A DNA stretch of 63,971 bases, filler included, from Vicugna vicugna (GCA_013265495.1; 74 parts of 73 records of this genome joined end to end with filler, not necessarily neighbours in it), one strand, 5' to 3'. Shown: positions 37,890 to 50,290, counted from the whole stretch's first letter. The notes: generated by a model from the letters alone, not told the origin. Program-made: numbers and translations.

Positions 37890-38614
37890 TTGCATTCAAT
37901 CTGTAGATTGCCTTGGGCAGCGTGACCATTTTAATAATATTGATTCTTCAATCCAAGAGCATGGAATATCTTTCCATTTTTTAAAGTCTTCTTTAATTTC
38001 CTTCATCAATGGTTTATAGTTTTCTGTGTCTAATTCTTTCACCTCCTTGGTTAGATTTATTCCCAGATATTTTATTACTTTGGGTGCTATATTAAAGGGG
38101 ATTGTTTCTTTACTTTTTTTCTCTGTTGATTTATAGTAAAGAAAGGCAACTGATTTTTGAATATTAATTTTGTAACCTGCTACCTTGCTGAATTCTTCGA
38201 TCAGCTCTAGTAGCTTTTTTGTGGACCTTTTAGGGTTTTCTATATATAGTAACATGTCGTCAGCATATAATGACACTTTTACCTCTTATTTTCCAATTTA
38301 TATCCCTTTTATTTCTTTCTCTTGCCTGATTGCTATGGCTAGGACTTCCAGGAATATATTGAATAGGAGTGGTGATAGTGGGCATCCTTGTCTTGTCCCA
38401 GATTTTAGTGGGAAGCTTTTGAGTTTTTCACCATTGAGAACTATGCTGGCTATAGGTTTGTCATATATAGCTTTTATTATGTTGAGATATGTTCCCTCTA
38501 TACACACTTTGGTGAGAGTTTTAATCATAAATGGGTGTTAAATTTTATCAAATACCTTTTCTGCATCTTTTGAGATGATCATGTGATTTTTGTCTTTTCT
38601 CTTGTTGATGTGAT
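37890..38614 (-). mobile_element. LINE-1 ORF2 reverse-transcriptase fragment
   Basis: Minus strand: [15 protein letters not shown]...[15 protein letters not shown]...[15 protein letters not shown]...[11 protein letters not shown]...YLGINLT. Confidence 0.97.
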
Positions 38615-38714
38615 NNNNNNNNNNNNNNNNNNNNNNNNNNNNNNNNNNNNNNNNNNNNTTAATTAATTAANNNNNNNNNNNNNNNNNNNNNNNNNNNNNN
38701 NNNNNNNNNNNNNN

Positions 38715-39773
38715 AAAGATTAGTAATCCAGATGTCCTCAAATCAGGAATGCATGTTTGCCGAATCCATCCTGTATATAGCATGTACGGAACACGTAATA
38801 TTATGTAGATGTAATGTAATCAAATTACATATCCCTAAGGAAGAATTCGATCCAAGAGGGATTTTGTGGGATCAAAGTGTGATTCTTTTATCTGGTGATA
38901 GGAAGAAGCTACAAAGTCAAAGTAAATATTTCAGAATGCATAGGTAAATTGTTTGGTAGTTGAAACATCAGTCATGCGCATGTTCACAACTCAGAAATTC
39001 ATGTTTGAGGAATCCGTGATGCATGGACATGTTCGTAATACGGAATGCCTTGGTTATGTAAACAATATAAATTANNNNNNNNNNNNNNNNNNNNNNNNNN
39101 NNNNNNNNNNNNNNNNNNNNNNNNNNNNNNNNNNNNNNNNNNNNNNNNNNNNNNNNNNNNNNNNNNNNNNNNNNNNNNNNNNNNNNNNNNNNNNNNNNNN
39201 NNNNNNNNNNNNNNNNNNNNNNNNNNNNNNNNNNNNNNNNNNNNNNNNNNNNNNNNNNNNNNNNNNNNNNNNNNNNNNNNNNNNNNNNNNNNNNNNNNNN
39301 NNNNNNNNNNNNNNNNNNNNNNNNNNNNNNNNNNNNNNNNNNNNNNNNNNNNNNNNNNNNNNNNNNNNNNNNNNNNNNNNNNNNNNNNNNNNNNNNNNNN
39401 NNNNNNNNNNNNNNNNNNNNNNNNNNNNNNNNNNNNNNNNNNNNNNNNNNNNNNNNNNNNNNNNNNNNNNNNNNNNNNNNNNNNNNNNNNNNNNNNNNNN
39501 NNNNNNNCATTTAATGAAAACGGAATATCATGTAGATGGAATGTATTCAAATTACATATCTCAAGGTTAGAATTCGCTCCAAGAGGGTTTTTCTGGGATC
39601 AAAGTGTGATTCTTGAAACTGGTGATAGGAAGAAGCTACGAAGTGAAAGTAAATATTTCAGAGTGCATAGATAACTTGTTTGGTGTTTGAAATATCAATC
39701 ATGCGCATGTTCACAACTCAGAAATTCATTTTGAGGAATCCGTGATGCATGAAACATGTTCGGAGTACGGAAT
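38715..39773 (-). repeat. Satellite D
   Basis: GATCAAAGTGTGATTCTT at ~38870 and ~39597. Confidence 0.92.
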
Positions 39774-39873
39774 NNNNNNNNNNNNNNNNNNNNNNNNNNN
39801 NNNNNNNNNNNNNNNNNTTAATTAATTAANNNNNNNNNNNNNNNNNNNNNNNNNNNNNNNNNNNNNNNNNNNN

Positions 39874-40942
39874 GAGTGGGGGAGGTTCCTGCAACTAACA
39901 GCAGCGCCTGGGTTGTAACACAAACCCCTTAACTGGACATCAACGATGGCTTACCATGGCCGGTGTGCGGGGGAAAGTTGGGATTGGGCTCTAAACCAAG
40001 TATTAGCGAGAGCCTATCCATTGGATGTGGGTGTTTAACCTACAAACCACCACCATGAAATAACTGTGCCCCCTGAAAGATGCTTTGACTCTGTTTCCCT
40101 ACATCCAGCACACACACGAAGAAGTTTTCTGGTGTTCTGAGTGTGGGGAGGTTACTCCAACTGACAGCAGCACCTGGGTTCGAATAGATTCCCTTAGCTT
40201 GACTTCCCTAAGTGTTTTCCTAGGCCTAGCAGTGAGCGAAGGTGGGGGGTGGGCTCTAAAGCCAAGTATTTGAGAGTGCATCTCTGTGGGCATCAGAGGG
40301 ATTGAAACTACTTCATCAACCTTGGAACACCTGTGCCCCCATAAAGATGAGTGGACTCTGTTTCCCCCCTGCAGCACACAGACGGAGACGTGGTCAGGTA
40401 TCCTGATCGAGGGGAGGCTCCTCCAAATGACAGCAGCGCCTGGGTTCTAATAGAATCCCTTAGATTGTTTTCCTTGAGTGTTTCCCTAGGCCGGGCTTAG
40501 AGGGAAAGCTGGGATTTTGGCTTGGAGGCCAANNNNNNNNNNNNNNNNNNNNNNNNNNNNNNNNNNNNNNNNNNNNNNNNNNNNNNNNNNNNNNNNNNNN
40601 NNNNNNNNNNNNNNNNNNNNNNNNNNNNNNNNNNNNNNNNNNNNNNNNNNNNNNNNNNNNNNNNNNNNNNNNNNNNNNNNNNNNNNNNNNNNNNNNNNNN
40701 NNNNNNNNNNNNNNNNNNNNNNNNNNNNNNNNNNNNNNNNNNNNNNNNNNNNNNNNNNNNNNNNNNNNNNNNNNNNNNNNNNNNNNNNNNNNNNNNNNNN
40801 NNNNNNNNNNNNNNNNNNNNNNNNNNNNNNNNNNNNNNNNNNNNNNNNNNNNNNNNNNNNNNNNNNNNNNNNNNNNNNNNNNNNNNNNNNTCCAACCCCA
40901 GCACACAAACGAGGAATTGTTCTTCTATCCTGAATGTGGGGA
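39874..40942 (-). repeat. Satellite B
   Basis: 39874-40350 is closely similar to the reverse complement of 1-450. Confidence 0.93.
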
Positions 40943-41356
40943 NNNNNNNNNNNNNNNNNNNNNNNNNNNNNNNNNNNNNNNNNNNNTTAATTAATTAANN
41001 NNNNNNNNNNNNNNNNNNNNNNNNNNNNNNNNNNNNNNNNNNCTGTCAGCTTTTGAAAGCCTAGATCATCTGCTAAACCATCCAAACTTCAAAAAGACCA
41101 AATTAGCCTTCTCTGTAGAATGTATTTTCCCTTGATGGCAAAAGAGACACTAAGAAGTACTGGATCAAAGATTCGTGTTTATCACTACCTATGATCGTTT
41201 TTAAGCACATTAACAGATTCAGAAATGTATGTCCCAACAACATCTATTCTTATTGAAATAGCATACGTTTTCAACTGTCTATACAGAGACTAGATCCCAT
41301 GAGGGTGTTTAAGAGCTATTTTGTGTATTGCAATATTTATTTTAAAGTGCAGACAA

Positions 41357-41486
41357 GGAGGGTGGGTATTACTTAGTTGTAGAGCATCTGCTTAGCATGC
41401 ACAATGTCCTGGCTTCAGTCCCCAGTACCTCCAAAAAAATTAATAAAAATAAGTGCATATTGAAAAACAAGAATAAAGTTATAAAA
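41357..41486 (+). mobile_element. tRNA-derived SINE, Vic-1 type, with probable target-site duplication
   Basis: GTAGAGCATCTGCTTAGCATGCACAATGTCCTGGCTTCAGTCCCCAGTACCTCCAAAA; flanked by AAAGTGCAGAC (41344) and AAAATGCAGAC (41487). Confidence 0.75.
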
Positions 41487-41613
41487 AAAATGCAGACTAA
41501 AAACCACTGCAATCTATGTGCTACAATTATACAAAAAAAGTGTTTCTATCAAATATTGACTATATGCCAATCACAGAGACAACCACAAATCACACCTGAC
41601 AACCATCACGTGT

Positions 41614-41720
41614 GATTCTCAGCAACCCTACTAAGTAGACACGGATTCTCAGCAACCCTACTAAGTAGACACGGATGAGAAACCTGGCGCTGCGGATGAG
41701 GAGACGGAGCTCAGAGGAGC
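41614..41720. mobile_element. MIR-like fragment
   Basis: TTCTCAGCAACCCTA..AAGTAG...GGATGAGGAGACGGAGCTCAGAG. Confidence 0.5.
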
Positions 41721-41842
41721 CGGGGTCGCTGACCGTCCTGCTNNNNNNNNNNNNNNNNNNNNNNNNNNNNNNNNNNNNNNNNNNNNTTAATTAATTAANN
41801 NNNNNNNNNNNNNNNNNNNNNNNNNNNNNNNNNNNNNNNNNN

Positions 41843-42813
41843 CTGGTGTTCTGCGTATGGGGAGGTACCTCCAACTGACAGCAGCACTTGGGGTCAAACA
41901 GAATCCCTTAGCTTGACTTCCGTAATTGTTTTCCTAGGCCTAGCAGTGAGCGATGGTGGGGGATGGGCTCTAAAGCCAAGTATTAGCGAGTGCATCTCTG
42001 TGGGCAGTGGAGGGTTTGAAACTACTTCCCCAACCTTGGAACACCTGTGCCCCCATGTAGATACGTGGACTCTCTTACCCCACCCCCAGCACACACAAGG
42101 AGTCGTCCTCAGATATCCTGATTGTGGGGAGGCTCCTCCAAATGACAGTAGCGCCTGGGTTCTAATAGAACAAGCCCTTGGCTTGTTTTCCTTGAGTGTT
42201 TCCCTAGGCCGGGCTGAGAGGGAAAGCTGGGGGTTGGGCTTGGAGTCCAAGTAGCAGCAACCGCCCCACGATGGAATGTGGAAGTATTTAGAGGACTTCN
42301 NNNNNNNNNNNNNNNNNNNNNNNNNNNNNNNNNNNNNNNNNNNNNNNNNNNNNNNNNNNNNNNNNNNNNNNNNNNNNNNNNNNNNNNNNNNNNNNNNNNN
42401 NNNNNNNNNNNNNNNNNNNNNNNNNNNNNNNNNNNNNNNNNNNNNNNNNNNNNNNNNGGCTAGGCTGGAGTGCAGGGGAATGTGGGGTTTCGGCTCTAAT
42501 ACCAATTATTAGCCAATGCATCTACATGGGAATTTGAGAAATATTACCTACAACCAGCAACGTGAGAATACATGTGCCACCTGAAAGATGCCTGGACTCT
42601 GTTTCCCCACCTCCAGCACACAAACGAGGAAGTGTTCTGCTATCCTGAATGGGGGGAGTTTCCTCCAAATGACAGCAGCACCTGGGGTCTAATAGAATCC
42701 TATAGCTTGACTTCCTTGAGTGTTTACCTAAGCCGGGCTGGGAGCGAATGTGGGGGTTGGGCTCCAATGACAAGGATTAGCAAGTGCCCCTCTATGGGCA
42801 GTGGAGGTGTTTA
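41843..42813 (-). repeat. Satellite B
   Basis: Reverse complement of B, ~4 monomers. Confidence 0.93.
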
Positions 42814-43537
42814 NNNNNNNNNNNNNNNNNNNNNNNNNNNNNNNNNNNNNNNNNNNNTTAATTAATTAANNNNNNNNNNNNNNNNNNNNNNNNNNNNNNN
42901 NNNNNNNNNNNNNAAAAGAGATTTTAAATTAAGTTTCTTCTATATAGCACAGAAACCTTTGTTCATTATATAGCAATAACCTATAATGAAAAAGCCGATA
43001 CAGCCACCAACTGAGGAAGCAAGAGAAGAAAGGAGAGTTAGTTATGCTGGGCTAGAGCCCANNNNNNNNNNNNNNNNNNNNNNNNNNNNNNNNNNNNNNN
43101 NNNNNNNNNNNNNNNNNNNNNNNNNNNNNNNNNNNNNNNNNNNNNNNNNNNNNNNNNNNNNNNNNNNNNNNNNNNNNNNNNNNNNNNNNNNNNNNNNNNN
43201 NNNNNNNNNNNNNNNNNNNNNNNNNNNNNNNNNNNNNNNNNNNNNNNNNNNNNNNNNNNNNNNNAACCACTGACTTGAAAACAAGTGATCCACGAACCTG
43301 GGGCAGCGGCAGGGAGATGGGCAGCGACCTGGCAAGCTGGTCGACTTGCCCCCATCTCCCCCACGGCCTGTCAAGGCCTCGGCCTATGCTGATCCAGGCA
43401 CGGTCCGCAGGTCAGCCTGCTCTCGGGAGGAGGGCGCNNNNNNNNNNNNNNNNNNNNNNNNNNNNNNNNNNNNNNNNNNNNTTAATTAATTAANNNNNNN
43501 NNNNNNNNNNNNNNNNNNNNNNNNNNNNNNNNNNNNN

Positions 43538-44320
43538 ATTCACAGGAGTTCCCTGTTCGGGGTAGTCCGGGAAATACATTCCGTGACCTTGGGGAGGCCA
43601 CGTATGCCACTGGGATATCCTGCAAACCCCCCTACCATTCCCTGGCACAGAGACATTAGGAGAACNNNNNNNNNNNNNNNNNNNNNNNNNNNNNNNNNNN
43701 NNNNNNNNNNNNNNNNNNNNNNNNNNNNNNNNNNNNNNNNNNNNNNNNNNNNNNNNNNNNNNNNNNNNNNNNNNNNNNNNNNNNNNNNNNNNNNNNNNNN
43801 NNNNNNNNNNNNNNNNNNNNNNNNNNNNNNNNNNNNNNNNNNNNNNNNNNNNNNNNNNNNNNNNNNNNNNNNNNNNNNNNNNNNNNNNNNNNNNNNNNNN
43901 NNNNNNNNNNNNNNNNNNNNNNNNNNNNNNNNNNNNNNNNNNNNNNNNNNNNNNNNNNNNNNNNNNNNNNNNNNNNNNNNNNNNNNNNNNNNNNNNNNNN
44001 NNNNNNNNNNNNNNNNNNNNNNNNNNNNNNNNNNNNNNNNNNNNNNNNNNNNNNNNNNNNNNNNNNNNNNNNNNNNNNNNNNNNNNNNNNNNNNNNNNNN
44101 NNNNNNNNNNNNNNNNNNNNNNNNNNNNNNNNNNNNNNNNNNNNNNNNNNNNNNNNNNNNNNNNNNNNNNNNNNNNNNNNNNNNNNNNNNNNNNNNNNNN
44201 NNNNNNNNNNNNNNNNNNNNNNNNNNNNNNNNNNNNNNNNNNNNNNNNNNNNNNNNGCTCAGGATTCCAGAAAAAATGTCAGTGAGTGGGGGAGCTCGAG
44301 AGACATCTCCACGCAGCTCT
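43538..44320 (+). repeat. Satellite A (mostly gap)
   Basis: A consensus at both ends. Confidence 0.9.
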
Positions 44321-44420
44321 NNNNNNNNNNNNNNNNNNNNNNNNNNNNNNNNNNNNNNNNNNNNTTAATTAATTAANNNNNNNNNNNNNNNNNNNNNNNN
44401 NNNNNNNNNNNNNNNNNNNN

Positions 44421-44901
44421 GATTTCTGTTTAAATTATGTCATCTGAAAACAGATACTTTTACTCTTTTCTTAATTACCTATATTTTATTTACTTTTATT
44501 TTGAATAGGTATGGCTAGAATTTCCAATACTATAATTAATAAAAGTGGTTAGAGTGAGCATTCTTGTCTTCTTCCTGCTCTTATTGGAGATTCTTTCAGC
44601 TATTAATCAGTCAGTGTCATGTTAGCTAAGTTCTTGTCATATAAGATCTTAGATTTGTTGAGGTATGTTTCCTCATGCCCACTTTGAGGAGAAATTTATT
44701 CATAAATAGATACTGATTTTGTCATAATATTTTATGGCTCTACTGTTGTGACCATATAAATTATATTCTTCCTGTTTTTAGTATGGTGTTACATACTGAT
44801 TAATTTGCGGGTATTGAATCACTTTGGCATTCCTGGAGTAAAATGGACTTAATCACAATGTATAATCCTCTTAATGTATTGTTTGACTTGCTAACAATTT
44901 A
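44421..44901 (-). mobile_element. Degenerate L1 ORF2 (RT region)
   Basis: Colinear with 38250-38614 (GTGGT.AGAGTG.GCAT.CTTGTCTT, TTGAGGTATGTT.C). Confidence 0.85.
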
Positions 44902-45001
44902 NNNNNNNNNNNNNNNNNNNNNNNNNNNNNNNNNNNNNNNNNNNNTTAATTAATTAANNNNNNNNNNNNNNNNNNNNNNNNNNNNNNNNNNNNNNNNNNN
45001 N

Positions 45002-45223
45002 AGAGGGTGCCTCCCCTTGGTCAGGGAAGTTATTTCTCGGACTTCCCAGAAAAGCGAAAACCTGTGATTGAAGAGAGCTGCGTGGTGTTGTCTCTCGAGC
45101 TCCCCCACGCACTGACAATGTTTCCGGAATCTTGAGCGTGGGGAGATTCCACCAACGGTCAGCAGCACGTGGGTTCTAACGGAATGCCTAAGCTCGTCTC
45201 CCCTGAGGGTTTTCCTAATGTAT
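45002..45223 (-). repeat. Satellite A
   Basis: Reverse complement of A. Confidence 0.93.
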
Positions 45224-45774
45224 NNNNNNNNNNNNNNNNNNNNNNNNNNNNNNNNNNNNNNNNNNNNTTAATTAATTAANNNNNNNNNNNNNNNNNNNNN
45301 NNNNNNNNNNNNNNNNNNNNNNNTTTGCGTATGCTAAATAAAATTTATGAGTCAGGACTAAGTCCAACATAACTATACTATATAATACTTATAATATGCA
45401 ATGAATTCAGCTTGCTAATATTTACTTAGAATGGAATATAAACATACTGAAGGAAAAATATACATTGTAGCTTGAGTGAACATTTATTTATTTAAAATTT
45501 TTTTCTCTCATTTTGAATTTGGCTTATGTTTAATGGAATATATGTCAGAATAAAAATTCAACTTTTGATAGAGCTGGATTTACTACAGTTTAGTGATATA
45601 GAACCTAGCTATCATTAACAGTTAGTGTAAAAAACACTTGCCTTAAAATGCTGAATTATACTAACAATGCACTGTTTTATGTCTCAGAAACATATTGCTT
45701 CCTAAAATGCATTAACTTGTCTTTTCCACACCAACCCAAATATACTGTTATTTCTTTGTTTTTGATTGTTGTTT

Positions 45775-45815
45775 GCCCCTTAATGGAGGCAATGGTTATT
45801 GAACCCAGGATCTGG
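45775..45815 (-). mobile_element. Short Vic-1-type SINE remnant
   Basis: TTAATGGAGGCAATGGTTATTGAACCCAGGA matches 4927-4958. Confidence 0.5.
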
Positions 45816-46122
45816 TTTATAAGTGTATTTATCAACATCGTTTTGGAACACTTAACAGAAGTCCCAAGAGTATGGATTGTAAAGATGACAAGAAAGTTTA
45901 TTTCTTCTAGGGACTGAAAAACCATCTGAGAGAAATGGCAAAAGAAAACTTTTGTAAGTACACAATTAGATTTAGTATTTGTAATTTTAAAGTAGAATAC
46001 TAAATTACATTTGTTTTACTTANNNNNNNNNNNNNNNNNNNNNNNNNNNNNNNNNNNNNNNNNNNNTTAATTAATTAANNNNNNNNNNNNNNNNNNNNNN
46101 NNNNNNNNNNNNNNNNNNNNNN

Positions 46123-46923
46123 TGGAATGCAGAACACAGAATTTAGAATATAGAAACAGAATACTGAGTATATAATTTATAATATAGAAAATAGAACACA
46201 GAATATAGAATATAGAAGAGAGAATATAGGACCCAGAACATAGAACATGGAATGTAGAACCCAGAATTTAGAATATAGAATTCAGAATACTGAATATAGA
46301 ACGTAGAACACAGAATATAGAATATAGAACACGGAATCAAGAATATGGTATACAGAATATAGAATGTAGAACACAGAAATTAGAATATGGGAAACAGAAT
46401 ACAGAACCCAGAATTTAGAACATGGAATGCAGAACNNNNNNNNNNNNNNNNNNNNNNNNNNNNNNNNNNNNNNNNNNNNNNNNNNNNNNNNNNNNNNNNN
46501 NNNNNNNNNNNNNNNNNNNNNNNNNNNNNNNNNNNNNNNNNNNNNNNNNNNNNNNNNNNGAATGCAGAACACAGAATTTAGAATATAGAATACTGAATAC
46601 TGAATACAGAATTTACAATATATAACGTAGAACACCGAATATAGCATATAGAATACGGAATGCAGATACAGAATACAAAATATAGAATGTAGAACATAGA
46701 ATATACAATATGGAAAACAGAACACAGAACCCAGAATATAGATCTTGGAATGCAGAACACAGAATTTAGACTATAGAAAACAGAATACTGAATATAGAAT
46801 TTAGAATATAGAATGTCGAACACAGAATATAGAATATAGAATACAGAATACTGAATAAAGAATTTAGAATATAGATTTTATAACACAGAATATAGAATAT
46901 AGAACACGGAATGCAGAATATAT
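46123..46923 (-). repeat. Satellite E
   Basis: (AGAATAT)n degenerate 7-mer. Confidence 0.95.
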
Positions 46924-47023
46924 NNNNNNNNNNNNNNNNNNNNNNNNNNNNNNNNNNNNNNNNNNNNTTAATTAATTAANNNNNNNNNNNNNNNNNNNNN
47001 NNNNNNNNNNNNNNNNNNNNNNN

Positions 47024-47967
47024 GTGGGAGAGGGGCGAGCGGATGGAAGCGGAGTGCTGGTGGTGAGGGAGGGGGTGGCAGTGCCGTGGGCACTTGTGAG
47101 CGGGGATGCGGTAGCAGGCAGCGGGGCAGAGGTGGTGGTGACAGCGAGAGTGGTGCCTGGGATGTGCAGGGGGCCGGAAGAGGGCATGACACTTGTGGGG
47201 CTTGGTGACCTGCTGGAGCTGAGGCCGGTCAGGGTGGTCAGTGAGCCAGGGGTCCTAGTGGATGTGGAGTTGGTGGTGGTTGGCGTGGCGGTGGAGATGC
47301 CCGTACTGGCAGAAGATGGAGCTGTGGTGGTGGAGGTGTGCGGGCCGGCAGAGGTAGAGGGGGAGGAGGCCACTGCCGACGTGACTGTGCTTCCAGTGGG
47401 GTAGAAGGTTGAGGACGGGCTGCCTGGAGTAGTGTGCGGTGTTGTCGGGCTGGGTGTGGTTCGCAGGGGTGAGGTGGCCGTGGCGGTGGTGTCGGTCGTG
47501 GAGGGAGTGGGCCAGAGGGTTGTGATCGAGGCGGAGGTGGCGGGGGTTGCGGTGTCAGTGGGCGTGGTGATTCCTGTTGCGGTGGGGGTGGGGGTCCCAG
47601 TGGGAGGTGGAGGGGTGGACGTGGCCTGGGTGGTGGGGATGGTGGTGACCAAGGTGGAGAGAGGGCTCGGGTGCGGGGCGGAAGTGGGGGCTGGCTCTGC
47701 GCTTGAGGCAGGAGGAGAAGACAGAGGCAGGCTCGTGGCTGAGGTGAAGGCATCGGTGGTCACTGGAGAGGAGGCGTGGGAGGCCAGGGAGCTGGCGGTG
47801 CGCCTGGGGGTGACCGATGATGTGATTGGGGGCTGAGAAGTAGTGTCTGTCGTGAAAGGCTGTGCAGGCGTGTCACTGGAGGGAGTAAGCGTGGTCGTGT
47901 GCAGTGTGCTGGTGCCGGGGCCAGGGCCGGTGCTGGTGCTGGTGCTGGTGCTGGTGCTGGTGCTGGT
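47024..47967 (-). CDS. Partial exon encoding a mucin-type Pro/Thr/Ser-rich domain (gel-forming mucin, MUC6-like by resemblance only)
   Basis: The frame is open across the whole scaffold (~314 codons, extending upstream of the tracked start at 47763): TSTSTS...GPGPGTSTLHTTTLTPSSDTPAQPFTT...TGITTPTDTATPATSASITTLWPT...; no start or stop is visible. Confidence 0.8.
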
Positions 47968-47968
47968 G
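47929..47968. repeat. (GGTGCT)n hexamer encoding (Thr-Ser)n
   Basis: About 6.5 perfect copies running into the scaffold end. Confidence 0.95.
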
Positions 47969-48068
47969 NNNNNNNNNNNNNNNNNNNNNNNNNNNNNNNN
48001 NNNNNNNNNNNNTTAATTAATTAANNNNNNNNNNNNNNNNNNNNNNNNNNNNNNNNNNNNNNNNNNNN

Positions 48069-48322
48069 AACCGGCACTAGGAAACAGACTGAGAAACAAG
48101 AGTAAGGGTTTCATCTGCATCCCGTTCCCCTTGTGCTGGATGAATGAACGTCTCTCCACATGCTCAGTTCTGAGAGATAAGTGTGTGTGAAAGCTGTCCT
48201 TCACCTATCTTCAAGGGAACACAAATTTTCTTTTCAGCTGCCAACTCCACCCATACATATATATGGGGAGGTACAAGCTCCAACTCGGTTTTACAGTGAA
48301 AACGGTAGGCACTTCAAACCGG
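48069..48322 (+). repeat. Satellite C
   Basis: AACCGG at 48069 and 48317 (spacing 248). Confidence 0.95.
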
Positions 48323-48780
48323 NNNNNNNNNNNNNNNNNNNNNNNNNNNNNNNNNNNNNNNNNNNNTTAATTAATTAANNNNNNNNNNNNNNNNNNNNNN
48401 NNNNNNNNNNNNNNNNNNNNNNGATCAAGGATTGTTTTAAAGTTCATCACAGAACTTCATTAAGTAGATCATTTCTTATTCAGGTGGCTGTGCCTGTCTT
48501 AGGTAGCCCTCCTCTGAGGATCTTACCCAGAATAGGATATCCAGCCAATCATACTTGATATATTGAGAAGACCATTTGCTATCCAGACTTTATATGTGAC
48601 ATTCCTCACAGCTTGTTTATCAGTTCAGCCCATGGGCTTATTCTCTAGTGCATTCAGACAGGGGCCTACAAACCAAACATCCCTTGACAGAAAACTGGAT
48701 GAAGNNNNNNNNNNNNNNNNNNNNNNNNNNNNNNNNNNNNNNNNNNNNNNNNNNNNNNNNNNNNNNNNNNNNNNNNNNNN

Positions 48781-49301
48781 TTCCTTTTTCTCCACAATCT
48801 CACCAACATCTATATATTTTCTTTTTGATGAGAGCCTTCTGACAAGTGTGAGGTCTTGTCTCATTTTTGGCTTATGACTTTCCTAATAATTTATAACTCT
48901 GAACATATTTTCATGTGTCATTTAGTCAACTGTATGTTTTCTACAAAAAATTGATTCAGATCTATCTATCCAGTTCCTGCGTATATTTTTTTTAATTGGA
49001 TTGTTTGGTCATTTTTGTTGTGGTGGTGTATGAGTTTGCTATATAGTTGCATATTAACACTTGATTGGAAAATGTCACTTCTCCCATTGTGTTGGTTGTC
49101 TTTTCATTGTATTGTTCATTTCTTCTGCAGTGTAAATCTGTTTAGAGTGATACAATCATATTTTGTTAGTTTTGCTTCTGCTTCCCTTGCCAGAGGAGAC
49201 ATATGTAGAATCAAATTAAGTCCAATGTCAGAGTGTACTTCTTATATTTTACACAAGGATTCTTTGTTTTCAGGTTTTATGTTTTATATGCCCAGGAGTG
49301 G
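48781..49301 (-). mobile_element. Degenerate L1 ORF2 3' part
   Basis: TTCCTTTTTCTCCACAATCTCACCAACA, GCCTTCTGACAAGTGTGAGG, TTTTGCTTCTGCTTCCCTTGCC.GAGGAGAC. Confidence 0.8.
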
Positions 49302-49401
49302 NNNNNNNNNNNNNNNNNNNNNNNNNNNNNNNNNNNNNNNNNNNNTTAATTAATTAANNNNNNNNNNNNNNNNNNNNNNNNNNNNNNNNNNNNNNNNNNN
49401 N

Positions 49402-49536
49402 AATGTGACAGGTATATTAATCATGAATCATCCTACTTTGCTAAAGGTTTTTATTACTTTTAATTGTTCTGGTGTTGAGAATCTTTAGGGGTCTCTATAT
49501 AGATTATCATGTCATCTAAAATAATAACTGTTTTAC
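49402..49536 (-). mobile_element. Degenerate L1 ORF2 fragment
   Basis: ATCCTACTTTGCT...GAATCTTTAGGG..CTCTATATAGATTATCATGTCATCT. Confidence 0.7.
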
Positions 49537-49636
49537 NNNNNNNNNNNNNNNNNNNNNNNNNNNNNNNNNNNNNNNNNNNNTTAATTAATTAANNNNNNNN
49601 NNNNNNNNNNNNNNNNNNNNNNNNNNNNNNNNNNNN

Positions 49637-49950
49637 TATCTTTTCACTCCTTTCACCCACTTGCCCACCTCCCATCCCTTGTCTCTGGCAACCACCAATC
49701 TGTTCTCTGTATCTATGAGCTCAGTTACTGATTTTTTTTTCAGATTCCACATGTACATAAGATCATATGGTATGTTTCTCTGTATGACTTATTTCACTCA
49801 GCATATTGACTTCAAGATCCATCCATGCTGTCACAAATGGCAAGATTTTATTCTTTTTTATGGCTGAGCAATATTCCATTGTATGTATATACATACCACC
49901 TTTTCTTTACCCATTCATCCATTGATGGACACTTAGGTTGTTTCCACAAT
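49637..49950 (-). mobile_element. L1 3' UTR (L1MA/MB-type)
   Basis: CTCTGGCAACCACCAATCTGTTCTCTGTATCTATGAG...TGACTTATTTCACTCAGCAT...GATGGACACTTAGGTTGTTTCCA. Confidence 0.9.
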
Positions 49951-50189
49951 ATGAATTATTATAAAGGCAGTGTTTTTCAAAGAGTGCATTGTGAGCTACC
50001 CAGATTTACCAACGCAGGTGATTTTGATACTCCTTCCCATTGGAGAAGGACTGCTCTAAGAGTATCTGTCTCTTTTAACAGGAATGCAAGAAGAATTTGA
50101 TATTACTACAAAAGAAATGGCGGAAACATTATTATAGTGTGATGGAAATATTGCTTAGAATACTAATGAAAAGAAACCTTGACATTTTT

Positions 50190-50290
50190 CTCCCTAACTA
50201 GTTGTGAAGTGTTCTTAGCTAAGTTACTTGATCTCTTTGAAATTCATTTTGCCCATCTTTAAAATGAATACAATAATAAGAATAAAACCA
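50190..50290. mobile_element. MIR fragment
   Basis: ACTAGTTGTGA...AAGTTACTTGATCTCTTTG...TTTGCCCATCTTTAAAATG...ATAATAA. Confidence 0.6.

Noticed and set aside
47024..47836. Plus-strand Val/Gly-rich ORFs and the Pro-rich alternative frame
   Set aside because: Shadows of the minus-strand PTS frame.
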